DNA of 64,000 bases. It comes from Trichoplax adhaerens (taxonomy: Eukaryota > Animalia > Placozoa). The DNA is taken from contig NW_002060947.1 in the NCBI RefSeq assembly GCF_000150275.1, forward strand, positions 418,695 through 482,694, read 5' to 3'. Shown piece by piece: positions 1 to 12,990 of the stretch (positions are counted from its first letter, which is position 1; the number at the start of each line of letters is the position of its first letter). The notes beneath the pieces were generated by a model, which made no database searches, had not been told where the DNA came from, and saw only the letters and a program-made list of their open reading frames with translations. Made by a program: the position numbers and the translations under genes.

Positions 1-543
1 CAAAGAAAAGGATAAACTGCACCAAATCGATATTTTGCATGTTTAGATACTGCCCAAACTGTTTCAATATATGAAACAGCTCGGCATTGCCATACTTTAT
101 TCGCTATAAATATATTGTCCATTAAAATGCAGTCCAATAAACCAGCTCAGTATATTCAAATAGTGGTAGTTAAATATAAACTTTTAACTATTATCAAAGT
201 TGACCATTTCACTCTTTAGCAAATAAATATATATAAAAATTCTTCTTTAATAAACTATTAACTGTAAGCTTAAAAAGGTTAACTCGTTACAGTTTACCTA
301 CAATTATATATAATTATTGGTTATTACTCTTTATACGCAGTAATTAAACTCGTCACCTAAAGTTTCTGACTTTAGCTTAGTGTAGAAAATAATGCAGTTA
401 AGCTTAATATACTGTATACCCGTATTGATTCAAATCATTCTTAGATACAGTTACACCTAATATACTTCATACATGTATATTTATATGAAACATATAATTA
501 TATATTTATACGCATATATGTACAATTGCTTAAACCATGATTA

Positions 544-3199
544 TCAAGTTACCTTTGCTTGAAAGTAAGTTTCACAACATTTCATATCTAGATAGATACT
601 CGAAACGGCTCTTGTAGCTCTTAGTTTAGTTTCTGTCCATTCAATGTCATCTATTAGTCTTACTAAGGTATCGGTAGCTTTAGCATCTATTATATGTTCG
701 ATGATATAATGATAGAAGTAGCCATCATCTTTATGTTGATTCCATAAGCTACCATACTTCCAATAACAGCTGTCAATAAGTTTAGCGTGCAAATTTATTT
801 TATGATCACAGATATCAGGACCTCGTTCACATTTATTGTATTGCATTCGCAGAAAATCGACAACAGCAGCGTTGATCTGGCAAAAATATCTACAGTATGA
901 AACCGAAATTTTGAGAATTATTTATCTCAACGATACCTTAACAGAAAGGACTTGCTTCTTATAATAGCATCGTACTAAAAATATTTACTTTTATTTTATA
1001 ATCACTACTTCAAAGCAACAATCATGTACATATAATAAATTATCTCTACCTGAATAATTAGAATTATAACTTTATTCATTTAAAATTAATTATGTAGCTA
1101 CCTCTCTTGGTAATTCTTATGTACAGTAAGTAAATATCGCCCTTCTAGTTCTTTTAGTATAGCCAATGTATTGCAAAAAGATTTTCTCCATAGCAACATA
1201 ATCATGGTCACAGGAATTCTGACGCATTTAAATATGCTTAGATCAAATAGCCTTTGCTTAAAATTACTATCTAAACAGTCAACAGTCATCATAATTACTG
1301 TTTGAACATTAGACATTAAATTTCTTTTTTTATTTATGACTAGCCTATTGTATTCTATCATTTTTAACGCTTTGAAGCTTCTATTTATGTCGTCAAGATA
1401 TGAACTAGAAATTAACGTAACATTTAATGGTAAAACGCAGGAAACATCAATTAAGTCTCCAGTTACTTACTCAGTGATTGTAGTTTTCGATTTATTTTTA
1501 TCTAATAAGCGTAGAAACTGTGCAATATCATCAAATTTCCAAGCAGCCTAAATAGTGTTGTTGTTGATTGTTATTAGAATGCGAGAAGAAAATATTTATT
1601 TAATTATTTTAAAATGAAGGTTACCTGTACCATAATTTGATGGAAAGAATCGTCAATTGGACCATCCAAATTGTGTGTAGTCACAACTGCTTTATCAGCA
1701 AATGTAAAATAATCCATAAATGAGAGATTTCGAACATCGTCAAATATAAAAAGAGGACAAGCTCCCTTTATATTATCTGTTGCGCAAATAAATGTAAGTT
1801 TTAGTATTAATGCACTTTTTACTGATTTAGTATATTAATTTTCTGTTATGCGAATATCTCAAAAATGTTGCTAATATGTCTTGAAGTTTGAAAGTGACAT
1901 TATCTGTATTACCATGTAGATAGTATTGAATGCAATCTACCACTTCTATTAGATCAGTAGGTGACTGCGTGATAGCAATTCCGGCATTTAATCGATGGTA
2001 CAAACTCAAAAGTTTTTGTAACAGTCTATCTTCATTGATGTCGACTAAGTTAAAGTATATTAATAAACATCGTTAATTAATTAGTATCCAAATACTGTAC
2101 TTATCATTACATGTTATTTTTATGTTTCAAGGTTAATAAGACATATTTCTAGGAACAATCCTAATGAATTCATAAACCTTTAGCGCTTTTATAGTCTAGT
2201 ACTAACGGTTAATAATTAATTGATATACCGTTTCTGCCATCAGGCCATTATATTATCTTTAAATTACTGATATCAACCCAGTAAATACCATCAGGGTTGA
2301 AACAACCTTCTTCCTGGACAACTTTTCTAATTGCTTGGCTTAAAGCTATCGTCTTACCACAGCCAGCTGTACCACGAACTATAATTTTACCACTTTTTCC
2401 ATGAATCATTTTCAAATTAGAAGCTATGGCATTCACGGAATCAATGACGTAGATGTAACGATGAATTGGAACCTCCATTACATCACGAAGTAAGTCTATA
2501 ATTTTAATAACCTGAGGTTTAGTTAAAAATCATAAACTACCAAATTTTACTAAGAATTGGTCGATTTTTAGCAAAATATGCTATTAAAAACTAGGTGATA
2601 AGATGCAGCACCTATTTTAATCCTTCTAACTCTACACATGATACAAATTGCTAACGTCAAGTGTTGGCTGATCCTAAACTATGTTATGAAATTCCACATG
2701 GAAAGATCAAATATTTGCAAACGCAATGAATTATAGTATTTTATGAATAACATATTTACTGTATCTATTTTGAAACGAATAGGGCATTTATAGAAAGTAC
2801 GTTATCGATCGGTTTACTGTCTATACGCGCACGACGAATTGTTCAATAAGTCTTTGCTATGAAATTGATCCTACAGTTATGCATATAGGTGTAGCTAACA
2901 ATACCTCGTGCAAGCAGATCTAATTTTAATCCAAATGCTTGAACTGCTTGTTCAGGATGATTTCTAATTATGCTACAAAGTATGTAGAAAGTGAAATGAT
3001 TGCAATGATGGATCAGGACTTGGATAAATTTTTTACTCATATCTTCTCTGGTTGGCATCTTTTTAATTTGAGCGATAACATTATCATCCATTAGAGATCG
3101 AGATCTTAATTCAATAAGAATATCAGAAATGGGAACTAAGGCCACAAACTCGGCAAATAATTGCTTTAAAGCGGATTTAATCTTCAAATCTGTTATCAT
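544..3199 (-). CDS. Apaf-1/CED-4-like STAND protein: N-terminal CARD-like death-fold + NB-ARC + winged helix/HD2, multi-exon, apparently without WD40 repeats
   Basis: Phase-compatible exons: 3199-2905 (MITDLKIKSALKQLF...LDLLAR, CARD-like), 2495-2268 (Walker A GTAGCGKT, GIYWVDI), ~2044-1912, ~1776-1625 (Walker B LFIFDDV, sensor-1-like VVTTH), ~1547-1471, ~1405-1102 (LFDLSIF..RIPVTMIMLLW, as in the Apaf-1 WHD), probable micro-exon 1045-1030, ~876-553 (VDFL, YFYHYIIEH, WTETKL, as in Apaf-1 HD2). 3' end uncertain: read-through stop at 544 or a short terminal exon near 450/350. Strong GTAAGT donors near 3687 and 3924 suggest 5'UTR exons. Confidence 0.8.
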
Positions 3200-4763
3200 A
3201 ATGCCTAAGTAGAATGTGGAATAAGAAAATAAACAAATATGCATCATTGCGTTAGGTGACTTTCTTGTTATCCCTACTGGCATTTATTGAATAATCTCGA
3301 GCTAGGTTATTTGAATTTATATTTTTTTAAGGAGCTCATTCTGGTTTAAATTTGAACAGTTTAAATAAGAAAGAAAGTTGTTTGTTTTAGAATAGTGTAA
3401 AGACCAAGGTGTACCCTTCGTTATATTTTATAAAGACTGGTTTAAGCAGAATTAATTACTAATATCATCGACTCTGTCCTGTATTTTAACATCTCTAGGC
3501 TAGTAAAAGTGTTCTAACTAAATTTGATACCATTGATGTTTGAATAAGAGTAATAAGGTTAACACTATATTCACATATCAATCGATTAATAATAAATCCT
3601 AAATCAATAATTTAGTAATTTTTGATAGCCACAATAAAATGTGGAGATATAAAAACAAAATTAGCTATTATAGATTCGAGCACTTACAGACTTAAGCTGT
3701 ATAAAAAAGGATAATGTAAATTTTTTTATGTCTAATCTTTTTCAGCCCAGATCTTTATTTTATCCTAAATAACTAACTACTTGATCGAATTAATGCCTTT
3801 TTACACGAGTTTAAATCCAAATAGATAACATAGAGTAGCTGTACAGTCTATATATAATCTCAAGCTCTAGTTTTTTCGATGCAATCTAAAGACTGTACAT
3901 AATAGATTCATTTTATCTACTTACTTCCTGTAGGAAATTTTTACATTCATCTTTATTACCTACATAAAGCGCACAGTAATCCATAGAAATTAAGCTAGCG
4001 ATATGCCGTTAACTAATCAAAGCAAATCCCGGAACAGGAACTAAACGGAAAGTAACAAGATTACATATATTTTGTAAGACAGGGAAGCATGTTATTATTA
4101 ACAGTATAGATGAAATTATAAAGTAGCTCTGTGGTCTAAAGTGATCTAGATAGATGGACAAAAATCCTAATTTCCACTAAAAGTCTAAGTAATCTAGGTA
4201 ATATTGTTCACGACTAAAGGGGAGCTAGTCATCAAAATCTAGTTCACATCATTGAGTTAATGCATTTCACAGTAGTGAAATGCTATGAAATCTAAATGGT
4301 TATTAATACAGCAATTATATCATTACTAAAATATGCACTTATGTAGGTTTTATTATAATGTTGCTACCGTATTTACTGCAATAATTGATGTTCTAATAAT
4401 TGAAGATAATTAGTATCATCAGCTACGGAAATAGCTATCAAGTTTCTATTATACCTGTTACAATAAGAACAACAGGAACAAGTTTAAACAGTGTTCGAGT
4501 ACTGTATTTTATTGTCCTTAAAAGGATATTTAATAAATGATCAAACGTGACCTAAACATCCATTTAAAACGAACTCTGACCTAATGTTATCACTTTAAAT
4601 ACATACACGAGTAGTAAGCGCTTTAGAATTAATATTCTTGTAATGAAATAGAAGAAAATATTACATTAAATTTTTGTAAAGGCCTTATTGATCGCAACAG
4701 AATGTGATTCTTACAATTTTATTAATAAAATTACTCTATCCACATTATTCATGATTGTAGATA

Positions 4764-4789
4764 ACAACCCGTTCAATTGAACGGGTTGT
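4764..4789. repeat. Perfect 26-bp palindrome
   Basis: acaacccgttcaa|ttgaacgggttgt is exactly self-complementary with no spacer. Confidence 0.95.
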
Positions 4790-6539
4790 GTGAATTTGCT
4801 GATGTTTTCAGCTAGCTGTATACACCGTGCCAGGTACCTTATATTTCCGAAATGTATTCTGACTCATTCTTCGCATTCTTATCGATATCTTTAATTACAT
4901 TCGCCATAACGGTAGTAATGTCTACAGATCTTAAGTTAAAACCGCAATGACTTACTCCTATTTTTACCTATAACTTGAGGGCAATAATATTGGATTACTT
5001 AATTCCAGTAGGCTTGCTGTTGAGAGTAAACAAAGAGTAAAAAGTATTAAGAAGAAAACTTTATATCATTATCTGCAGGTAGCTAATCATTTATAAATCA
5101 TCCATTACACTGCATTATCTGCTGCCAGAAAAGTAATTGAAGTAATTAGTGAAAACTCAATTATTAGCGTCTGTTATTGCGCTGCTGCACAAAGGAATGG
5201 AAAACTTCCTATTTCGTCCCCTTCATTTTCTGTAAAATGCTATGATCATTAGCAATACGGAGACAAAGTTACCTATGTCAACTAATTATTTTGTATGCCT
5301 TATTTCAACTGGATATAAGATCATTCATGATTAACTTGTCGGTAACAAAATTATTTTTAACTTATTATGGCAGTAGTCCATATCATAAATTGGAAATATC
5401 TAGTCATTATTTGTATTTCTATAGTTTGCTAACTACAAATATCTCTCATCTAATCTAGATACTTATAGATAAATATATTACTTGTCACAAACTTAACTTG
5501 CGAACTACTACCCTAAACTAGTAAATTACTTATTCCTATCTCCACAACACTTGAAAGTCTACTGTGTGGTAGCCCTATACTACTTGCCGTTACACAGGGA
5601 TAAGACTGTTCTGAGTGTTTAGTATAGTTTTATTAATAGAGTAGCCGAAACGCTATCTAATCATGAACTGAGTGAGCATTCGCTCCTCCTTTTATACCCT
5701 ACCAACAAACTTGTGTTGCACACATATGGTAGTAATTTAGCAACATAACATTTATACGGTTCATATAGGGAAACAAACCTCAATAAAGTATATGGTTTTA
5801 CTATAAATACAACTAGTAAACAACTTTCATTGGCAATAACTAATAAATAGCCAATTAGACGAACGAGGCTCAGCATGCTACTCGCACGTTACTCGCACTT
5901 CGCGGCGGGGGCCACGTCCAGCTGAAAGACAACATATTAGCATTTAATGAAATTAAATTTAATTCTTACAAATAAAACTACTTTCATCATAAATTAACAC
6001 GAATCTTTAGCTTAGTTCAGAAGAGTTTCATTACTTAAAATATTATTAATTCCCGTATATAACTTGATAGATTCTAGCTTAAGCAAAAAGTAATTTTCCA
6101 TCCTAGTACACTCAATATACTATTGCAACTCTCTCTATATTGTGCTAGTATTATATTAAAAATAGTATCAGTGCATACAGAAGCTTACAATTTATTGTGC
6201 AATTCATTAAACGTAATCTTGCGCTAATTGGGGCTGCATTCCAGACAATGTAACTTATGGTCTAAATCCTTTTGGGGGCCCGTCTTATTGTTTCACAAAA
6301 AAATATCCGTTTGATAATTAATCGATACAGGCCACGCTTTTGCTGCTGAACTCTGAATAAAGTATTAAATACTATAGCATCACTAAGATCAAATTAAAGT
6401 CTTTTCGAAATTGATACGATAGTAAAGTAAACCACTTATCCTAAATAAGATTTAAGATTTATTACCGTCAACATGTGACGTACGCATACTATTGTCTGAT
6501 AGCGACATCTTAGAATTTATATAATTTATTCATTTTTAT

Positions 6540-6815
6540 TATATAAAGTTGCGGTTGAAAAAATATTACTACTCAACATTATCGTCATTTTTTACTTTCT
6601 TACCATTTTCAACCTTTACAGCAACTTCTATCTAATTGTTAGTTGTTAGGTTGGATCCTACTATTCCAGAAATTCGAATAATTTGGTGATATAACTTTGA
6701 CACAGGCGTAAGCAGATGATATATTTTTTTTTTTTCGCTACTTGAACTTCCAATGCATTTAATAGGTTTTACTCATATTTTTATTTTTTACTGGCCTAGA
6801 TTAGCAATTTTACAG
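6540..6815 (+). promoter_or_regulatory. Putative TATA box and 5'UTR intron of methyltransferase copy 1
   Basis: TATATAAAG at 6540-6548; donor GTAAGC at 6708; pyrimidine tract with AG acceptors at 6798-6799 or 6814-6815, just before ATG 6821. Confidence 0.5.
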
Positions 6816-6820
6816 GCGAG

Positions 6821-7957
6821 ATGAGTGGCAATTTAAATATCAAAGAGTTTAATTACGATCAAAGTTACTCGGCTTTTGAGCGCCAAAGTAATGATTCACA
6901 ACTAACATCACACGGACTGGAAACTTTTCTGAAAGCGCTGCGGCAGAGATCGATTATATTTAATGGAAATCAACCGGTAAAAGTCTCAGAAATTGCTTGT
7001 GGCCCTGCCGTTAGAACGGTTAATTACTTCAAAAATATGGACTTTTCTCCAGGTTTTGATATCAGAGCAACGGATTTTAATGAGAAATTTACTGGTAAAA
7101 ATGGATTTGACTATGATTCTTCTACATGCAGTGAAGAAAAATTAGCAGCCGTTGTCGATGATAGTAGTAACGAGGAGGTAGGGTTAATCGTAAAAACATT
7201 TTTTGATGCTATAAAAAATCGAGTCTTACCGCTAAAGTCATTCTCAGTCAAAAGAGGAAACGCCTTCGATGATAACTTACTCGAACTTCTAGCCAAGAAT
7301 GGCTTATCCATTGAAACTGAAAGGAACACATTTTCTTTGGTTATTGCAAGCCATTGCCTTTATTACGTATTAAATGAGAAAGTACCTGAGGTTTCCTTTC
7401 AAAAATTCTTCAACTCTTTAACTTCAGATCTTTTAGCTAAAAATGGAATAGCTATATTATGTCACAGTATGTTAAAACCAAAGAGTCACATAGCATTGGA
7501 AACTAAGTATGATTTTCATAAAATCAAAAATGTCTGCCCTACCCCAGAAGAATATCAAAAATATTCCATAGATGCTGTTATCGAAAGACATTGTCAAATA
7601 AATGATCTTCCATATTATAAAATGGAAGTAAATACCAGTGTTTGCTATACCGATGCCTTCTTTAATCAGCAAGATATCTTTAAAGATATCCATCGATATA
7701 ATGAGCTTGATGATGACGCTTTAGATAATCTTCTGCGTTTACTATTTATTGCTCGTCGATCTGCCATGGATTTATATCAAGATCAATCATGTTTTGGACT
7801 TAATAGCTTAGTAGACGAGGTTGTAAGCATTGCTAAAGAAGATAGATGCCTACGTGATTACGATCGAATATATCTCGTACTAAGTCAGCATGCTACTCAA
7901 GAATTTAGGGACCAAATCAAATCTCTTGTCGAAGATTTGAATAGCACTGCACCATAG
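6821..7957 (+). CDS. Class I SAM-dependent methyltransferase, HNMT-like (copy 1), intronless CDS, 378 aa
   Basis: Motif I VSEIACGPA; motif II DIRATD; FSLVIASHCLYYV (cf. HNMT WDFIHMIQMLYYV); LLAKNGIAILC (post-III L..xG motif); N-terminal YDQSYSAFERQS resembles HNMT YVESFRRFLNHS. Paralogous to three other ORFs in the window. Confidence 0.85.
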   Translation: MSGNLNIKEFNYDQSYSAFERQSNDSQLTSHGLETFLKALRQRSIIFNGNQPVKVSEIACGPAVRTVNYFKNMDFSPGFDIRATDFNEKFTGKNGFDYDSSTCSEEKLAAVVDDSSNEEVGLIVKTFFDAIKNRVLPLKSFSVKRGNAFDDNLLELLAKNGLSIETERNTFSLVIASHCLYYVLNEKVPEVSFQKFFNSLTSDLLAKNGIAILCHSMLKPKSHIALETKYDFHKIKNVCPTPEEYQKYSIDAVIERHCQINDLPYYKMEVNTSVCYTDAFFNQQDIFKDIHRYNELDDDALDNLLRLLFIARRSAMDLYQDQSCFGLNSLVDEVVSIAKEDRCLRDYDRIYLVLSQHATQEFRDQIKSLVEDLNSTAP

Positions 7958-10074
7958 GTAAAGAGAAGCTAAAATAACGTTTGCAGAATGCTTTTTTTGT
8001 TAGTCTTTTTAATTATACTAATTTAAATCATACAGATAGCAATGGTCTATAATTTTATTGCTTACAGCTTAGTCATAAAAAATTTTATTACTTTTCACAT
8101 TTAGTAAGCGATTAGGTCTTTGAAATTTTTTCAGGAGTAAAGCATGTATTAGTGTGGCAATTTATGAATAAGTCGCTTGATTTGTTTAAGAAGCAAGCTC
8201 ACTTAGCTACCCCTAATTTAATAGCATCTTGCAGTGTGTTTCGAATTGTTTACAGCAATGAATATTTTCATCCACAGCATGTTCAAATTCTTCAAGGCTT
8301 TACAGAATTAGCACTAACGGTATATAATTACGCCCGGCAAAAAAAGGCCATCTTTTAATTAGCGGATCAGATATTTTGAGAAGTATGCCATAAAGATTTC
8401 TTACGTGTAGCTTTCTATTTGCCATTCTTGCCATTCTTTTATCGACTGTACATTTTTTAATTACAGTTGCTGTAGCTTTTGCGTAATCAAATCAAGACTT
8501 ATTTTAGTTACATTAGACTGAAATTATTACGCAAAGTATTATACAAAGTATGTCGCATTGACAGACATAGATTCAGTCACCATTTTCAGCTACTATGTTG
8601 AAATAACTTTAGGCATAAGCATGAATAATAAATAAATATATTCAATTATAACTCACGATGACAAGTTATTACTTAAATTATTCGATTAGAAGTGTTAAGA
8701 ATCGACTGAAGCATATCATGATTAAAGTCCATAAGTACGTTTATGGTTAGTTTCATGTTTTATTTTAATCCTTAGTTATCGCAGCATATTCTTAGCCAAT
8801 CTTAGCTTGCTTTATGTCCGTGAAACCAAGTGATGGGATAAAAAGTACTGGGTATGCATGATAATTGTAGTTGAAGAAGAGCAGTAGTATATGAGTATTG
8901 ACAGATAATTACAACTTTATTTATTAATTACATACCAAAACAGTCTATGTCATAAACAATTACTTGAACTAGAAATTGTAAAAGTATACCAAGAGTTCAA
9001 TCTTAGGATTGGCTGTATTTCATAAAAAAGTTTCTCAATATATGCCTGTGGCATTGAAGATGGAGTTTCATGTATCATAACGAAACAGCAAGTGATAGTT
9101 CGTACTAAACTTGACGTGTTAAATTTAATCAAGCTAAATAGTGATACTGTAACAAAATTAAAACTACCACTAAGAAACTATTCATTTACTATCATTTCAT
9201 GATATTAAACTAAACCCTAATTATTGCTAAAGATTTCGGATAGGGTTAACTCAAATTATATTACCTCCGTGATGCCGGCTGTAATATCTTAAATACGTAC
9301 AATATAAAGTACTGCAATATGGTCTAGTAATGCAGTAGTTGTACAGTCCAATTGCGGAGAGTAGAATTAATCGTCGTTGTAAAAGATTGTTCATTTTTTG
9401 ATTCTTAGTCTCCTCATTTTTACTGTCTGCTACACATTATTCTAGCTACATAATTAATGGTTACTGTCTTCGCAAAGTGGAATGGCGGTAGAACAATACG
9501 TTATCATGTAACATATTCCATCAACTACCAGATTACATGCTTATACGCGTACACAAGTATATTATACGAGTATATCCTTTCCAAAGGCTCGACTTGCTCT
9601 GTACTCTAATCTTCAGACTTGTTTACCTTCGTTTTCAAATAAGTAGAAGACATTATCTTTTGGATATTTCGAGGATGCTATTGTATCTGAAACATTACAG
9701 CTATTTACCATATTGTCTATAGTTTGCATTGTGTAATTTTATTGCCTCCGGCTTTTATGGTAATCAGCCCCTTGAGGTAAATTCAATGATTTGTGGTGTA
9801 AGACACAGGGTGGAGTAATAAACAGCCCTATTGATCTAATTATTGAATTATATTATAATATTTTGATATTAAAAACTGAATATGCTGTTTCCATAATTCA
9901 AGAACTTTAAGATAATGTAATATGCTTGGTTTTTCCAACGCAGATAGCAAGGGGATGACGTCTTTATCTTCGTAATCATCATCTGTATTTGCCCTGATCA
10001 GAATGCAACTTCAACTATTTCAATAACTTCAATTTACAGTTACTTACACACTCGTATGCTATGTTAAGGTTGGG

Positions 10075-11214
10075 ATGGCCTCTAAAATTGAGATAGAAAA
10101 GTACAATTTTGATCAAAGTCTATTAGCATTTGAACGTAAAAGTAATGCTCCTGAAATAATATGCCGGGTGGTACAATCATTTTTAAAAGGACTACAACAA
10201 AATTCGATAGTGTTTTACGGCGATCAAACGATTAAAATAGCGGAAATTGCTTGCGGGCCCGGCAATCGAACGATTGGCTACTTTAAAGGCATCGATTTTC
10301 AACCAGGCTATGACATTAGAGCAACTGATATCAATGCTACATTCACCGGTGAAAATGGCTTTAACTTTTCATCTTGCAAAGGCAGTGAAGACACTAATGC
10401 TGCATCTATACTAGGCAAGAACGAAAAAAATCTAGGGTTAACAGTCAAAGCCTACTTACAGGCTATTACGACTCAAAGTATGCCGTTAAAGACGTTCTCG
10501 ATTAAAAGAGGAAATGCCTTCCTCGAGAATCCACTCCATTTACTTGTTAGCAGAAGTGATGATATTCAGTCTGAAAGAAGTACATTTTCCTTGGTAAATA
10601 TTTTCCATTGCTTGTATTATGTATTTAACGAGAAGGAACCTGAGGAAGCTTTTCAACGGTTTTTTCATTCTTTAAAACACGATATTTTAGCTGACAACGG
10701 CGTAGCGCTATTTTGTCATAGTACACTCAAGCCAAATAGTCATATAGCATTAGAATACAAATATGCATTTCAATCAATACACGATATCCATCCTACTACA
10801 CAAGAATATGAAAAGTATTCGTTAGATCATATCATCGAAAAAAATTGTCAACAAAATAATCTGCCTTGTTATAAAGTGGAATTTCTTACAAAAGTTCACT
10901 TTACTCAAGCTTTATTCGATCAACAAGATATTATTCGAGATATTTATCGATATGACGAGCTCGATGAAAATGCAATCGATGACATTCATCGATTGCTATT
11001 TATAGCCCGTCGATCACCAATGGAATTATATAAGGATAAATCTGATATTGGTCTCAATCATTTATTGGATACAGTCCAGGCTATCGTTCGAAATGACGGA
11101 GGTATCCTCGAACACAATGCTCTTCAAGTAGTTCTGAGCCAAAATGCAAGTCAGCAGCAGAAGCAAGCGGTAGAATGCTTGCTTGAGCGATTAAATACTA
11201 CGCCAATGCAATAA
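10075..11214 (+). CDS. Class I SAM-dependent methyltransferase, HNMT-like (copy 2), intronless CDS, 379 aa
   Basis: IAEIACGPG, DIRATDIN, FSLVNIFHCLYYV, ILADNGVALFC; colinear with copies 1, 3 and 4 over the full length. Confidence 0.87.
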   Translation: MASKIEIEKYNFDQSLLAFERKSNAPEIICRVVQSFLKGLQQNSIVFYGDQTIKIAEIACGPGNRTIGYFKGIDFQPGYDIRATDINATFTGENGFNFSSCKGSEDTNAASILGKNEKNLGLTVKAYLQAITTQSMPLKTFSIKRGNAFLENPLHLLVSRSDDIQSERSTFSLVNIFHCLYYVFNEKEPEEAFQRFFHSLKHDILADNGVALFCHSTLKPNSHIALEYKYAFQSIHDIHPTTQEYEKYSLDHIIEKNCQQNNLPCYKVEFLTKVHFTQALFDQQDIIRDIYRYDELDENAIDDIHRLLFIARRSPMELYKDKSDIGLNHLLDTVQAIVRNDGGILEHNALQVVLSQNASQQQKQAVECLLERLNTTPMQ

Positions 11215-12285
11215 AATAAATTTCTATTAATGGATCGATGGATAGGTTATGAACATGGCGGAAGCTAAAACAAAATTAGTTGATTCAAAGGTGGCTTGAT
11301 TGACCAAAGATATTTCGCCTGATACCATTGAATATATACTTGTATGTCGCGTATGCGTATTCATGAATAAGAAAACTCTCTTTTCTGAAAACAGAATCCG
11401 TATCATGATTTTAGTTAACTTTCGTTAATTCGGTCTGTACATATCATATCTGAATAATCCATTAATTATCGTGAAAATTTATTGTACGTTATACCTGAAT
11501 TGGTGTGAAGACTACGTTACTTTCAAAGAAACCGATAATTTTATATCAATAAAGCTTCATAAATCAAGTTGCGTGTTCTCGGAACTGCTAGTTAAAAATG
11601 GGGATTAGTAACGACTACAAACTGTTCTTATAGCAATTAAATACTACCAGTCTGGCGTAAGGTATGCCCACCCCCAACATCTACTTACAGTACTACTCTA
11701 AATACTGACAATCTCCTCTCGTCAGAAGCAACAGTAGTGCCACTAGCCTTGTTGAGATACAGTAATTAATCATTAGAAAGACCCAACCTATAGATCCATC
11801 AATATCCCAAGTTATTTAATTCAAATTAGAAGTTACCAACGAGTCACTGAAGATAAAAGTAAAACTAAAGCCGATATGCTACCCACGAGCAAGAAGAATC
11901 AATCAAATACTCAACTCTATTCTAGCGTTCTCTCTATCTAGCTTAACTTCTACAGCCTTAAATGCCGCCTATTATATGCAGTCATGCACGTGCAGATTGG
12001 ATAGTTGAATATTTCACTAAGAAAGCAAGAGTAATTTGATGAACTTCTCCCATGTTAGCCTGAAATATCGCCCATTAATGCTGTATAGTACTGTATATGA
12101 AGTCATTCATACATGTTGCAGATTGTATACTCTTAAATATGATTGATCAATACACAATTATTAATTGACATAGAGTAACATGGAGTAGTCAATATACCAT
12201 ATGAAAATATCGAAATCTTGATAATGAACACTAGCGTTTAGTCAAAACATTAGCAATAAATACCTTAACATGAACATAACAAGTC

Positions 12286-12990
12286 TATCGAATCTCAATA
12301 CTCCTGCAAAATTGGCAGTGCACTATGGCATTGCACGAGTCGGCAGATCCGTATAACGATCGGAATCTACCTACTAAGTCATAACTACTACTTGTTACAG
12401 AGTACCTAGTCGCCACCTTCCCTCTTGGCTTTATACCCTCAATAGTATCCACAGATTCTACATTACTGTATACCTTTCTAATAAATTGGTTCAACCTTTT
12501 CCAATCAAATCGAATGTGAAATCATGGACTACTCAAAGAAGACCATGAGTAGTCGATGGCTGAATTACAGTGCACAGTGCTATCCAATCTCAATCTACTC
12601 TTGAAAAGTTGGCAGTGCAACTATGGCAAAGTATGAGTCGGCAGATCCGTGTAACGATCGGAATCTACCTATTAACTTAAGTCATAACTGCTACTTGTTG
12701 CAGAGCACCTAGTCGCCACCCTCCCTCTTGGCTTTATACCCTCAATGGTATCCACAGATTCTACAGTACTGTATACCTATCTAATAAATTGGTTCAACCT
12801 TTTCCTATCAAATCGAATGTGAAATCGTGGACTACCAAAAGAAGACCATGAGTAGTCAATGGCCGAATTATAGTGCACAGTACCTTTCTAATAAATTGAT
12901 TCAACCTTTTCCAATCAAATCGAATGTCAAATCATGGACTGCTAAAAGACGACCATGAGTAGTCAGTGGCCGAATTACAGTGCACAGTAC
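12286..12990. repeat. Tandem repeat: two ~294-bp units plus a ~110-bp partial third unit upstream of POLRMT
   Basis: Units start ctatcgaatctcaat (12286) and ctatccaatctcaat (12580); the segment tacctttctaataaattg...gaccatgagtagtc...agtgcacagt occurs three times, and the last copy runs into the TACAG array. Confidence 0.9.

Noticed and set aside
3920-4090. Cluster of GGAA (ETS/STAT-like) motifs upstream of the Apaf-1-like gene
   Set aside because: The best match overlaps a probable splice donor (GGAA|GTAAGT on minus) and the others are imperfect; too weak without data.
5860-5930. Short GC-rich patch with a tactcgcac direct repeat
   Set aside because: No convincing hairpin, tRNA fold, TIR or second copy in the window.
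6821-11214. Bacterial contamination or restriction-modification reading of the intronless methyltransferases
   Set aside because: They are interleaved with intron-rich animal genes, have long AT-rich spacers and no operon structure, and lack DNA-MTase catalytic motifs (DPPY/NPPY, PCQ).
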